Source: Microthyrium microscopicum
Lineage: Eukaryota
Length of the DNA: 64,000 bases
Reading direction: 5' to 3'
Assembly (NCBI GenBank): GCA_010405405.1
Contig: MU004233.1
Coordinates: 1,191,122 to 1,255,121 of the forward strand
Shown: one piece after another, positions 40,352-52,479 of the stretch
Numbering within the stretch: the stretch's first letter is position 1
How the letters are laid out: each line of letters begins with the position of its first letter
Notes under the pieces: generated by a model
What the model saw: only the letters and a program-made list of their open reading frames with translations
Databases searched by the model: none
Told to the model about the DNA's origin: nothing
Position numbers and translations under genes: made by a program

Positions 40352-40814
40352 ATGCTCAAGTCTCTTCTTACCATCACGGTGTCCTTGGTACTCGCCAATT
40401 GCCTCACTACTGGATCAGTAGAAAAGACTCTCCACATCAGGGATTCTAGTTGCGCTACGACTAGCTCCCTGATGTGCTGTGAAGCTATTGTATCCGCAAA
40501 CAATGGAATCATGCAACTATTGCTTGAGGAGCTTGGAAGCACTACTGATTACGGAAATGTCTTGATGGGTCTGATCTGTAAACCGAGTAAGTCAAGATGC
40601 TATACACAAGAGTGATGGTTGACTCGAAATAGTTATGGCTGAAGCAGACGAGGAGAATTGCAGCTTCGATGTGGTCTGTTGTGCTAGCAATCCATTTGTG
40701 AGTATAATCTTTGACTTATGGAAATGTATTGATCATGTTCAGGGAGGAGAAATTGCGGTGGATTGCATCGATTACTATGATGGTTTCCGTGGGCCTGTTT
40801 CAAGCGAGCAGTAA
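40352..40814 (+). CDS. Class I hydrophobin (exons 40352-40586, 40633-40697, 40743-40814)
   Basis: Signal peptide. The spliced protein has the eight-Cys pattern C-x7-CC-x32-C-x11-C-x5-CC-x12-C: CATTSSLMCCEAIVSANNGIMQLLLEELGSTTDYGNVLMGLICKPIMAEADEENCSFDVVCCASNPFGGEIAVDC. Both introns are canonical (GTAAGT/GTGAGT..AG). Confidence 0.9.
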
Positions 40815-40950
40815 GGTTGATAATTTGGTAGCAATGGTCGCATTGATTCTCAAACAGGAATATGTTCAAAGCATGGGTGATCATTTTCTACGTGGCTCAT
40901 GCTAATGTACATATATCATGCTTATGCCATCGCCGTCAGGACTAACTCGC

Positions 40951-41654
40951 TTATTTTGAGCGCCCTACGCCTGTTAGTATGCCTCATGGTTGACGTGAAG
41001 CTCACTTACATTGATTGATCTCCTCTTCGTCGAGGTGCCGAAGCTTGTTCAACTGAGGAGGATTGCCAGCTGCCACACCCTTGGCGAACTCGACGGCACT
41101 TCCAATAAGGCCTTTACGCGAAGTTGCGTACTGCGCAGTGACAGCCTTGACCTTGATCAAACAGATACGTGGATCCTCTGGACCGCCGTCATGTTTGCCA
41201 TCCTCGAGATCGCCCATCCAGGCCTTGAGAGATTCGGAGTACCACTTTTTGATTTGTTCGCGGTCGGTGACAACATCTGCTTTGCCGCTGATTGAGGCCC
41301 ATTCACCAGAGCTGTTGAGGAAGCCTAGGTTGATATCCGAGTCGGACTTGAGATCATCGAGCTTTCCCGACTCCGTGTTGGCGTGGAATATGAAATCGAC
41401 GCCATTGTTTTCCTAGGTCTAGTTAGGAGAAGGTTCGTAACGATCTTTCAATGATTTACCTTGCCAGCCAATGCCATGCAACGAGATACGATGAGACCAC
41501 TGGATGCAATTCTTGTAGCCATCATGCAGAATTTGCATTTCTCAACGAAGGTACCGAGGTCTTGGACCTTCTCGTCGAGCGGAACATCTTTCTGTAGATT
41601 GGCCTCCTTATAGGGATCTGAGGGCTTTCCTAGATCTTGCGTTGATGTAGACAT
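40951..41654 (-). CDS. bli-3: Blue-light-inducible protein BLI-3 homolog (pyridoxamine 5'-phosphate oxidase-like fold), 3 exons
   Basis: KPSDPYKEAN, CKFCMMATR, VSRCMALAGK|ENNGVDFIFHANTESGK, GEWASISG and LKAWMGDLEDGKHDGGPEDPRI. Last exon gives W-R-S-K*. Confidence 0.88.
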
Positions 41655-42346
41655 GTTTGCTTTGATGTAGCGTGAGAAATTGGTTTGATTGAGTGTGAGA
41701 ATTTGTCTTCGATTACAAAGTTGAATAAGAGGGACAAAAGGTCTCATTGTGGGAGAAGTTGTTGTTGGAGATCTTATAGCGGCGTCAGGTTTGTTTACCT
41801 AAGATGGTACAAAGACGTCATCATCGATATTTACTAGTACTAGTAAGTGGCAATGGATACCCATGAGGGGTCCCCAGACCTCACTTCTGCACCTCAATTC
41901 TCCATGATTATTCGAATGAATAAGTAGTAATTGGTGTGCTCCTGGTGATCATCTTGGCTGCCATCATAATTCGTGATAATGAGGATTTATATCATTCTTA
42001 CACATGTAGATCTGCCCATCCAAGCGTGTTGCATATTATACACTATTCGAACAGGCTAGACAAAACGAAAGTCGAAGCAAGAGAAGATCTTTATCATTGG
42101 AAAATTCTGCAGTTTCTGGGAACAAAATATTGCTTACATTATTATGAAGTGCAGCTGTTCATGATCGTGGAAATTGTATGAAGTCATTGACGCGAGGCTG
42201 AAACACGTGCTCAGCCTGATGCTGGTTGAATAGGAGGGGAGGCTGGACTTCGAGGTCTGAGCGTTTCAGTCTGAACATTGAGCCGTGATCCTGAGATGAG
42301 CTTTCCTTGCGTATGGACTACATCAGCGCCATAGCTATGCCATATC

Positions 42347-43364
42347 ATGTATATATTATGATCTTTCCACCGATTATCTGGCTGACCACCATAGGATTGA
42401 TCTCTCCAAACGGCTGCGCCGTGCCATACATCTCAACGATGTCCTTCTCTGTCGACGTATGATCGATGCCAATCCCTCTAGCATACAGAATCCCGACTAC
42501 GCCGACAGCAGTAACACTTCTCTCCATCTGGCAGCAAAACTCGGCCATGTTGACCTTGTGGTATGGCACCTGCGGCTTCCCATCTACACCGCTAACTTAC
42601 CCAGCGCCTCCTTATCGACGCCGGTCACGAAGACTCGGGCATCTCCCTAAACACCGAATTCGAGACTCCGCTCATGCTCGCATGTGAAGCCAAACAGATC
42701 GAGACAGGTCTTCTCCTCATTAACATATACCCTCGCTGTATTCCCTACATTAACAAGAACGGCATGGACGCCGTAAGCCTTCCACACTCTCTTAGCCATA
42801 CAAGACCACTGACACGCTTTCTAGCTCATGCTGGCTTCACGCAACGGCACACTCCCTCTAATCTCCCCCCTTCTAACCGCGACGACCCCCGCCAGCATAA
42901 CCGCCCACGATAAGGACGGTAACACCGCCCTGCACTACGCCTCTGCGTCCGGCGAGCTCAAAGCCCTCCGTCTCCTTCTCCAATACGGCGCATCTCCGCT
43001 CGCGCAAAACGCATATTCGTGGACGCCCATCGCATATAGCGCGACGACGGCCGCCGAAGCATATTTCAAGCAGCTGGTCGCTGAGATCGAGCGGCGACGC
43101 GTCGAGGCCGTCAAGGATTTGAGGGAGAAGGAGAAGGCGAGACAGGCCGGTGTGCGACTGGTGACGAGCTCGGAAGAGATAGGTGGTAGGCGGGCGAGTG
43201 TGAGGCCACGGCTGGAGAGTTTTAGTACGTTGGATGAGGCTGGGCCGCCAAGGGTGGAGTGGAGTCCGGTTGAGAGGATGGCGATGACGCCGACCGAGGG
43301 CAAAGCTGGAGGATTCTATTTTGGGAATATTAGCAGTAGAAGGAGGGCAGGAAGCGGCGATTAG
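42347..43364 (+). CDS. Ankyrin-repeat protein, Avo2-like (TORC2 subunit family), 4 exons
   Basis: MIDLSKRLRRAIHLND N-terminus, ankyrin cores NTSLHLAAKLGH, ETPLMLAC and DGNTALHYASASG, and NAYSWTPIAYS. The start codon appears split AT|G by intron 42349-42394. Confidence 0.8.
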
Positions 43365-43673
43365 GTGGTGACATGATGTATGACTTTGTATGACTCTGGA
43401 TGAACTGACTTGGATTTCCGTGTTGGATATCAAATCGTTGGCGAAGATTGTTGTCTACCAATGGTTCGCTCAATTGAATGAATCAATTTATCCTGCAGCA
43501 AATGTGTCATGCTTCATATTAAAAGCGCATGCCTGGCCCCGTTGGATATCAGGCAAGAGCTTCATACAAGTACCTAAGCATTTGAGAGGGCACATCGTCT
43601 GGTATAGCCTTCGAGTGGTTGATTATAATGCTAATCCTGCTATCTAACTGCTGCTTAGCGCACAAGCACCCAT

Positions 43674-45283
43674 TTACAACCCATCAAAGTCGCCCGCTGC
43701 ATCATCCTCATCAATATCGCCGTCTTGAATCTCCTTGGCCAGCTCGCGCTCGCGCTCACGTGCTTCCTGAGCATTCTTGAGCTCGAGACGGTGCTGGTTC
43801 ATGGGGAAGCGCATGGCACGCACACACTCATCGTGAAGAGACAGACATGCCTTGATACGCTCATGGAATGCCTCTGCTGGTTCGCGCGTGGCGTACACAT
43901 CTCCGGCTTGCTTCGTCTGCATGAAACCCTTCTCGTGATCGATGGTGGCCTCAATGACTCCATCGCGAATAGCTTTGGCAACGATGTATTCGGCAGACTC
44001 TTCGGATTCTAGTCCCAGGCGGATGCAGATGTCTCGTAGCGAGATGCGCGAGTACGACAAGCTGAGGCGGCGAATACCAGTACGGATGACGTTTTGGCGC
44101 AAACGCAGCACAAGAGTATGTGTACCATCGCGGCGGAAGACAGGGCCATATTCATTGACGATCTTCAAGAAGCCTTGCATCTCGCCAGCACGGACTGCCT
44201 GAACAAGCTTGAAATATGGCTCCAGGGCGTTCTCCAGCTTAGGTTGGCTGAAGAGACTTCGGTCGGGGATATCACCCATGAGTAGCTCGACGACGACGAG
44301 GAACTTCATGGACGCCTGGTAGAAGCCAACAGCGACTGTGTTTGTTGGCGCTTTACGGGTAGCACTGGTAAGGTGTTCGTGCGCCTCTGTGTATAATAGC
44401 TGAATCGCACGTATGCGTCCAAGATAGTACATATATCGTGCAAGCTGGTTGTTCGGAGCGGTCGATGGAAATTCAGATTGCGAGATTAAAGCATCGGCCT
44501 GAGCAATGTCGGCGGTCGATACATAGTTTCGGAGAAGGAGCACGATAACAGCGGCTTGAGTATCGGTGTCTTTCCGCAGGACTGCTGACCGTAGCGCGCC
44601 AAGAAGCTTGCCACGCATATCGATCACTTGCGATTGCTTCGATGGAGGTTTAGGGTCGAGTTGCTCGAAGAAGAGGGAGAGATAGAAGTATGCTCGGGCG
44701 GCTAAGGAATCGAGAGTTCGGCGGTTGAGGCTTCGGATGCGGTCAACGAGCACTGAGGAGAATGAAGCGCCACGATCATATATCTTGTTGTCGTATAGGA
44801 AGACCTTCGAAAAGTTAGAACAGTAGCTATGTCCGGCAAGGGTTACTGACCTGTATCAAAACAGCCAAGTATATGTCAACTTCCGGTATCACATCTTTCT
44901 TTTTGGTTGCCTCTAGTGTTGCATTATCTCGCTTTTCAATCTCCTGGACGATCTTTTTAGCCTGAGCACCGGAGATGCCGATTGCTTTTATCAGGACGTT
45001 GGCTGTCTCATCCCCAACATTGTAGGTAGTAACAATAACCTCAAACAGGGTCTTGTCATCAAGCTTCTTCCGAATGCTGGAGATGGAACGGAGAGCTCGG
45101 AGGGTGAAGCGGGAATCGAATTGAACAACAGCTCGTTCAAGAAGAGCAAAGTTGGCTTTTATAGCTATGGAAAGGTGAGTATTTTGGAGACCTATAGCAC
45201 CGTATGAGCTTACTGGTGACGGCGCTTTCTTCAACCTCTTCCTCAACGTGGGTCTTCTCGACACCTTCCATTTCGTCAACCAT
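43674..45283 (-). CDS. RPN3: 26S proteasome lid subunit Rpn3 (PSMD3), 3 exons
   Basis: NRRTLDSLAARAYFY, ARYMYYLGRIRAIQL, LRLRQNVIRTGIRRLSLSYSRISLRDICIRLGL, AEYIVAKAIRDGVIEA, AFHERIKACLSLHDE.VRAMRFP. Confidence 0.97.
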
Positions 45284-45627
45284 CGTGGCGTTTGTGCTGG
45301 CTGAGAATGATTGTTGGCTTGGTCAACCTGAGGGAGAATAAAGAGTTCGAGTCAATTCGATATAGCTTTGGAGGGGCAAGCAATGATGGAGCAAGTTCAG
45401 AAGATGAGGGTGTGGTAAAGCTCCAGCTAACGTCCAGGCACTGGGTGGTTACGACTCTGTTGACAGCTCTAAACGCCAAGCGCGCGTCTAAGTTGATGCT
45501 CTGTTTACAACGGCACATGCGATTCCAACTCACCACTTCAACCAATACTAATATATAGAGGAAATCAGTCAGAGTCTGACGCGTCTCTGCTGGCTCTGAG
45601 CATCGTCTGCACGTTACCCAGGTCGCT

Positions 45628-46489
45628 ATGGCTTCCGCTTCTCTCATCAGCGCTCACTTGGAGCAGATATCAGCATGTTCGCAAACCATCCGCGAGTTGA
45701 AGTATGTATAATCGTCTGGTGTTCCGGGGAGAATGAATGTTTGATTGACACGCGCAATATAGCTTCCCTCAGCCAAAAATATTCACAAACGCGCTACTAC
45801 ATTCCCATGATATTACCACTCTCCTTCGCGATACTGAAGCACACGAACGCGCCCTCTTCACCGTACCCAAGCCCGAGCCAAACCGTCGCAGCACAGTATT
45901 TCCCTCCAATCAACCGTTACCTCAGAGTGGTCCAGGCGCGATCCGTGGTCCTCGAAGAAATACAGCCGTTGCATCAGTTCTCGGTGGAGATCTCGTTGAG
46001 CGTATCAAGAGAGGAGGAGGGGGAGGTGCAGGCAGCGCATTAGGATACCGAGAAGGTGGTGGTCGAGAACGAGGGGATGTTGATGTTGATGTACTTCTTG
46101 AAGGTGCTGAAAAGCTATGTGGTGTATAGTGAGTTTGGAGACTGTCACACAGCCATTGCAGATGTTAACTCTTTGGCAGCCCAATTCCTGGAGCTATAGG
46201 GAAGATCAATGCGCTACGCCAGCGCCATCACCGCGTGAAGAACTCGATCGCATATTACGAAGCTCGAGCTACAGAACAAGCCGTTCGACTGAACAAGCTG
46301 GAATCTAAGGGCAGTGATCACATGAATGACGATTTCGAATTAAACCTGGGAGGAGATGAAGTACCCGAGGAAAATTTCTTTACCGAAGCAGACGTACAAG
46401 CTGAAGAAGACGAGATCAAAGAGCTAGAACGCAAAAAACGAACACTGGAAGACCGAGTGACAAGAATGGAGGAAGACTTGAATTTCTGA
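45628..46489 (+). CDS. SPC34: DASH/Dam1 kinetochore complex subunit Spc34 (exons 45628-45701, 45763-46128, 46180-46489)
   Basis: The spliced frame (N-terminal part not in the ORF track) reads MASASLISAHLEQISACSQTIRELNFPQPKIFTNALLHSHDITTLLRDTEAHERALF...DVDVLLEGAEKLCGVY|PIPGA, followed by a C-terminal coiled coil EEDEIKELERKKRTLEDRV. Confidence 0.88.
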
Positions 46490-46500
46490 TGAATCCAAGA

Positions 46501-47980
46501 CTACCGTCTAAAAAGAGCTTTGAAGCTTATTCGGCCAGTATCAATACGCATCTTAACCAATCTCGCCGCCAACGTAAAGCATCCGCCGGCGAATATCGAC
46601 GATGCAGACCACATCTGAGCATATAAATACCCGCCATGTCGCGCTTGTATCAACGCTCCTCCCAAAGGCGACCCAACAAGTGCACCTATACTGGCTATGG
46701 TGAAGCCCATTCCTATGCGTGTACCCTGTTTTGTTGGATCTGACGTCAAGGAAGACATCGCTGATGGAAAAACACCTTGGACACCTCCTGCGAAGAATCC
46801 ATAGAACACCGCCCAAATCCAGATGCCAACTTTTGTCTTGATGGCGGCCCAGGCATAGGTACAGACAGCAGTCCCAAACAGACAAGGAACGAGGACTCCA
46901 ATGGGGCCAGTATATTTATCAGCAAGCCAATTCGGAAGGATTCGAGATATCACTCCAATGCCATTCATCATCATCAGAACCTCCGCAGAGCTGTCATATG
47001 ACATGCCTACGATATCTCTAGCAAAGGAGCTGGAGTAGTAGAATGGGAAGAAGATGCCGAAAAAGAAGAGAAAAGCGGCAATGCAATACAACGTGTATGG
47101 CAATTCCCTGAACGCCCCAAGTTCCAATAGAGGTCCTGATTTTCTTGGAGGAATTCGTGTTTTTAGTCCTAGACCCGCGGTCAATCCGACACAAAGCATG
47201 ACGAACCCGCAGACGCGTACGGTCCAGCCGTAGCCAATTTTCGGTAGTAGAGATCGTACAATTGAAGGATATATCAATCCACCAATTCCTGAGCCGGATG
47301 CAGCCATACCGATGACCAGCGACCGTCTTTTGGTGAAATAGGTTGACAGAATGGCGACTGTTGGAGTAAAGGTCATTCCGCAGCCGATTCCTTGTGCAAT
47401 GGCGGATAGAAGGATATGCCAGTACTTTGTTCCAACACTGAGTGTAAACACACCGAGCATTTGTAAAGACAGTCCAGTGAAGAATGTGACCTTGAAGAAT
47501 CCAGCATCCAGCATGCGACCAGAGAACATTCCCGTGCTGAAGAGCAGAAATATCTGTATAGACCCAATCCAGGAAATACTCGAAGCCGTTTCATGAAGTG
47601 CCGTCACATAATAAGTCTGAAATACTCCGAACGATTGTACCCATCCCCAGCAATTCATAACCACCTGTTCACGTTCAGTTTCTGAATTCCTCAACAACCT
47701 AGCATTGTTATCTTACGAAGTGTCCATACAAGACCTGTGTCCACGCAAACCATCCTCCATCTGGTGGCGGCTCCAGCGCTGGTCCAGGTACAGTCACCGG
47801 GACCGTCTTGAGTGCGTCAGCCAGCTCGTCTTCCTTCACGTGGCGACCATGTGCCTTTTCTTCATCCTGTGCCCACGTATCGGAACCCGTTGGACTATTT
47901 ATAGAAGTTCGTCCAGTCCCCAGCTCTTTCTCATGTTCGTCAATCTTGTCCATGCTTGTGTCCAATGACGAGGGAGCCAT
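46501..47980 (-). CDS. MFS transporter, monocarboxylate porter (Mch4/Mch5-like) family, 2 exons
   Basis: PPPDGGWFAWTQV, WGWVQSFGVFQTYY, ISWIGSIQ, SGRMLDAG, STYFTKRRSLVIGMAASGSGIGG and GTRIGM; about 12 hydrophobic segments. Confidence 0.93.
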
Positions 47981-48734
47981 TCAAAATATCAACGGGTCAA
48001 GGAAGAGAAGGGAAGGGAGGGATGTGTAAAGGCACCGCGCACTGAAGTCATAGACATATGCACAAATGACTTTACTACTAGTATTGCGTTCATACATTAC
48101 TAATTTTCTTTAAATACAATACAAGCGATCAAGGCGCGAGATCGGCCAGAACAGTGTGAGTCAAAAAGAACTTCTTTGCGCAGCCGCAAATGAGGAAAGC
48201 ATTACTTGCCTTCCGCGGTCCATCACAATGACTTGCCTTGCCTGCCTTGCTGTTACGTTTCTTGTAGGGCGCTTGTAGTCAAAAACATGCCACTAATGCA
48301 GCCAGGATTGGTAACGACGATCGTGCACCGAGATATTCCCGTCTACGATGTGCTTGATGCTAGCCGTATGCACGATGCTTATTTCCGTGTTGAGCTCTGC
48401 TACGAGTTTCCTGGCTTGGAAGCTTTTGCTAAGGAGCAAGGGAAGCTGCTTGATGGACCGAGGTCTATGGGAAGCTTGAGAGGCTGTATTGTCCAGTTGA
48501 TGCGATGGCTTGTTCTCGACTACATACCAAAGGATCAGTAATACTGGTGATCGACAACAACACATCTGTTAGGAAAGATACCTTAGAAATCGAATGAAGC
48601 AATGCCAGGTCAACGGAAAAAAGTACTGAGTTGTAAGAGCTTTCCACACCCATTGACAAATATGATATTATATATACAGTGGTCTATTGACCAAGCGATC
48701 CAACTCTCCCCCATATGTAACAACGAACACATAT

Positions 48735-51575
48735 CTACCCAGCCGGACCAGCGGACTTCATAATTATAGTCATATTACTTCCTTCACCAGTCGTATTCCA
48801 ACCTTCGATCCTGTCGTTTATGTGCAAAGGTATAAGCGTTTCCCAAATATTCGGCCAACCAGCAGCCAACGCGGATCTCTCTCTTGCTCCAATGATCGCC
48901 AACTTGTGTATTTGCCGACTGAGATATCCATTAAGCAGCCCTTGCGCAATGAGGCCACCCAGGATACATTCGATCTCGGCTCGTGTTGGTGATCCAGCCG
49001 TTTGTTTGAGCAGTGACTTCTTGATCCGTTTGAATTCGGGGTCCACGTATTTCGGATTAAGCAGTCCGGAAGACTTTGACGAACCCAGAAGTTTGGCGTA
49101 GAGATATTTGGCGACACTCGTCAAGTCGTCGGTGCTCAGGGTGGGTGCCACGGCTCGACCTTCAGCATTCACGGCGCCATTGGCATTACCCATGCTTTGG
49201 ATGGCGAATACGCGCCGTGAGAGACTGCGCCAGACGTGGACTTCGCAGCGGAACTTTAAAGGATAGCGGATGCCGAAATAGGTGAACCACTCCCAATGCG
49301 GCGAAGTGGGGGAGAAAAATGCGTTGAAGCCGGCGATATCACCCTTCTTGATGATATCGCATAGTGGGCCAAAGTGTCCTTGGAATCTTTCGGCTTCAGG
49401 GCGGTTGTATAGCTCCTGGGACGGGAAGCGGCCGAAGATGAGTGAGCACACGATCAGGTATATGAGGATTTGTCGTCGATTTCTCAAAGACTCGCGGTGA
49501 CATTCGGCATATGCGGCCTCAAGAACTTTCAGGCTTTGGTAGAACTGATTGGTGATGAAGAAGTACTTGCCAAGGTAGAACAAGTAGGTTACTCGATCGG
49601 AGCGAGAGTATGTGTTGAGAGATCGTTTCTGAGCACCGATAACGTTATAGTACTGAGGAACGCTCTCGTACTTTTCGCATGAGAAGAGAATTCGCATGCA
49701 AATATTGGTGAGCTTATATACGACGTCGCCTTTTCCGCCAGTTCTTGAATCGCGAGCACAAGTTCCGATGATGCTGCGAAGAGATTTGGCAGCCTCTTCG
49801 GCCAAAGATTCGGAAGAGCCCTCGTCATCTGTAGCAACCTTGTTGGCAATAGACGGATCCTTGTCTATTCCAATCGCCAATTTCGCAAACAGATTGGCAT
49901 AGTTCAAGACAGCGGGCAAGATCAAAGTGCCGTAGAGATCGCTCAGCAGAGCCGCGCCGCACGTCCGAAGTAATTTTTGAATCTTTTCAAACGTTCCAAG
50001 GAGATCAGACGCGTCCACAGTCTGAATAAATCGGAGGTAGGTTGCGAGAAACTCCGGCAAAGTGTACCAAGAGTCTCGCTGGTCGTTTGCTACTACTGCA
50101 ATGCCTTTTGAGATTTTATCTTTCAGCTCGTCCCCATCTCCTGGATAGGATTTTGATATCTCGGCAATGAGCCCTAGATAACCTTGGCTATACTGTGGAT
50201 CTATTGGTAGCAAATGAGAAAACTGCGCCGCATCACGTCGTTCAATCGCCTGATTCAATCCATTGAGAAATTGATCCAGCTCTTTGCCGGCTCCTGACGC
50301 AGCAAAAGGGCGGGATACTCTGCTAGCTGGACGTCCATTGACTGAAGTCTGAGTCCGGGAAGATGGTTGAGTAGGAGCCTTTTGGCGAGGAGGTTCCGGT
50401 TTGGTCTTTGGGAGTTTAGCCGCAGGTTGTTGGAAGGGATTTGGGCTCTGGGTTTCTGCAGGCCGTTTTCGACTTGAATCATTTGAGGGCGCTTGAAACG
50501 GCTTGGCCGAAGGATTCAAAGATGGACTAGGAGTCGCATTTGCTCTCGACTGGCTAGTTTGCGCAAAAGGACTAGAGCTTCTGCTCGTAGGTTGGGTTGC
50601 GGGAGTATTGGCAGAAACTGGTCTGGCGAATGGGTTTCCGTGGTTTCCTTGGTTTCCTGGGGCTCCAAATGGATTGGTCTTTGGCACTTGGGAAGTCGAT
50701 GGCTGCCCAAATGGATTGACCTTTGGCGCTTGGGAGTTTCCTAGATACCGTTAGTATAAAATTAAAATTGCAGAGCCAACACGCAGCAAAATCGTAGACC
50801 ACCCATCACACCACTCAGTGACAACCAAAAAACTCAATTAGATATGGATATGCGGGAGCCGTCGAATGTGCTGCTAGCCACCACAGATTCCGCATTCCGT
50901 GTATCATTGAGAGATCTTACCTGAAGGCTGGCCGAAAGGATTGGATGAAGCCGTTGCGAAGGGGTTCGCGACGGCGCGTTGTCCAAATGGATTGGGCGCG
51001 GGAGGCGGAGGGTCGGTAGTCATCATGATGTCTCCATCAGAATCGGTACCAGTTGATTTTGTAAGAGATTGTTTTATTTTTGATTTGAGTTCTTCCAGAC
51101 GTTGATTTTGTAGATGAATAGCAAAGGGGCTACGAGTATCTGGTTGAGGATGATGTGTAGATGGCTGGTAGCCCCTGGATACTGGGCTAGCCTGAGGTGA
51201 AGTTTCACTCCCTCGTCTTTCTATTGTCACTCCTCCACCTCTATTATTATTGTTATTCACACCACGACCGCGTCCACGTTGACCACGCCCTCGACTTCGA
51301 TCATATTGTGCTCGCGCTCTGCCTCTTATTTGCAAACCATCAGATTCCTGATTCTGACCGTGATTGGCGCTGAATCTGTAGATTCCTGCAGCCTGAGAGT
51401 CTTCAAACTGATTGTTATTATTGACAGCGTCTTGTCCTCCTCCTCCTCCTCGACCTCTAAACCTTGATTGCTGGCTATAATCGGCCTCCGAATTGAAAAT
51501 ATGTTGACCTCCTCGTCCTCGTCCTCGACCTCCTGTCCATCTTCCTGTTGTTCTGCGGCCGCCAGATCTATCCAT
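48735..51575 (-). CDS. PCI-domain protein (Thp1/PCID2/Csn12-like) with a long RGG- and NPF-repeat N-terminal extension (exons 51575-50921, 50740-48735)
   Basis: PCI core SDRVTYLFYLGKYFF, NRRQILIYLI..LIFGRFPS and IECILGGLIAQGLLNGYLS. A phase-1 GTAAG..TAG intron (50920-50741) joins the two ORFs in frame. Confidence 0.8.
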
Positions 51576-52479
51576 TGGCCTTCTCGGAAGTTTTCGAGCA
51601 ACAAATTATGACAATAATTAATAATATCATTTGGTCGAAGGTATATAGCATGTCTACTCTAACAATCAAGGTTTCTTTGTTGCAAACTCTTTTTGTTTGC
51701 ATATCGCGTATTCACATGTCTTTGTTTGACTTGGCTTTCGTGGACGACTGTCCCAGAACTGTGGCAAGACGTTCTACTTCTGCTTGTGCAGGAAATATAC
51801 ATCATAAGAAGGTCAAGTCTGGCATGTCCATGGAACAAGTACAGAACCTCTCGCATTCTAGCAAGCTCAAGCCGAACTCAGACTGATGTTCAACACCCCA
51901 ACACATCAATTACCCCGGTTCCTAGTGAGCGGTGCTTATCCTCCTTTCAATACTGGTAATTATCTGGCCATCATAACTTTGATTGGGTACGGAGTAGAGC
52001 CCCGAAAAACCAACAAGTACCTCAACGGCAGTACTCGGTATAGTGTGAAAGGTCGATCACGATGTGGAAGGAAGCACATTCCGCCTGTGAAAGTCAGGAA
52101 GCCCAGCTCTAGAAGGTAGAATGGATGCAATGTAAAGCAAGCTGCTCGACCGATATGAAGACATTGCACGGTAGAATAAAAACCATTGCCTGGTCAAGTT
52201 TCAACCTCATCGCAGCATTCTCCCGGTTACAAGTAATAGCGACTACTACTAACCACCACCGATTACAATTTCCAACCACCAGGATCCAAGGCAGCACCTG
52301 TGTCTTCTGATGTATACACTAGAACTCTCAGAACTTTCTCCTATATACACACACTGTGTCCCCATATGCCCAATGTGTACGCTTTTCGGTCTGCTCTTTG
52401 TTTGCCTTTTTATTCGCACGAAATATGCTCTCATATTGCCCACAACACAAGTCACCTTTGATGGGGAATTCCCAAGACT

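Noticed and set aside
48206..48541. 111-aa plus-strand ORF between the MFS and PCI genes
   Set aside because: No recognisable motif or supporting splice structure; may be chance.
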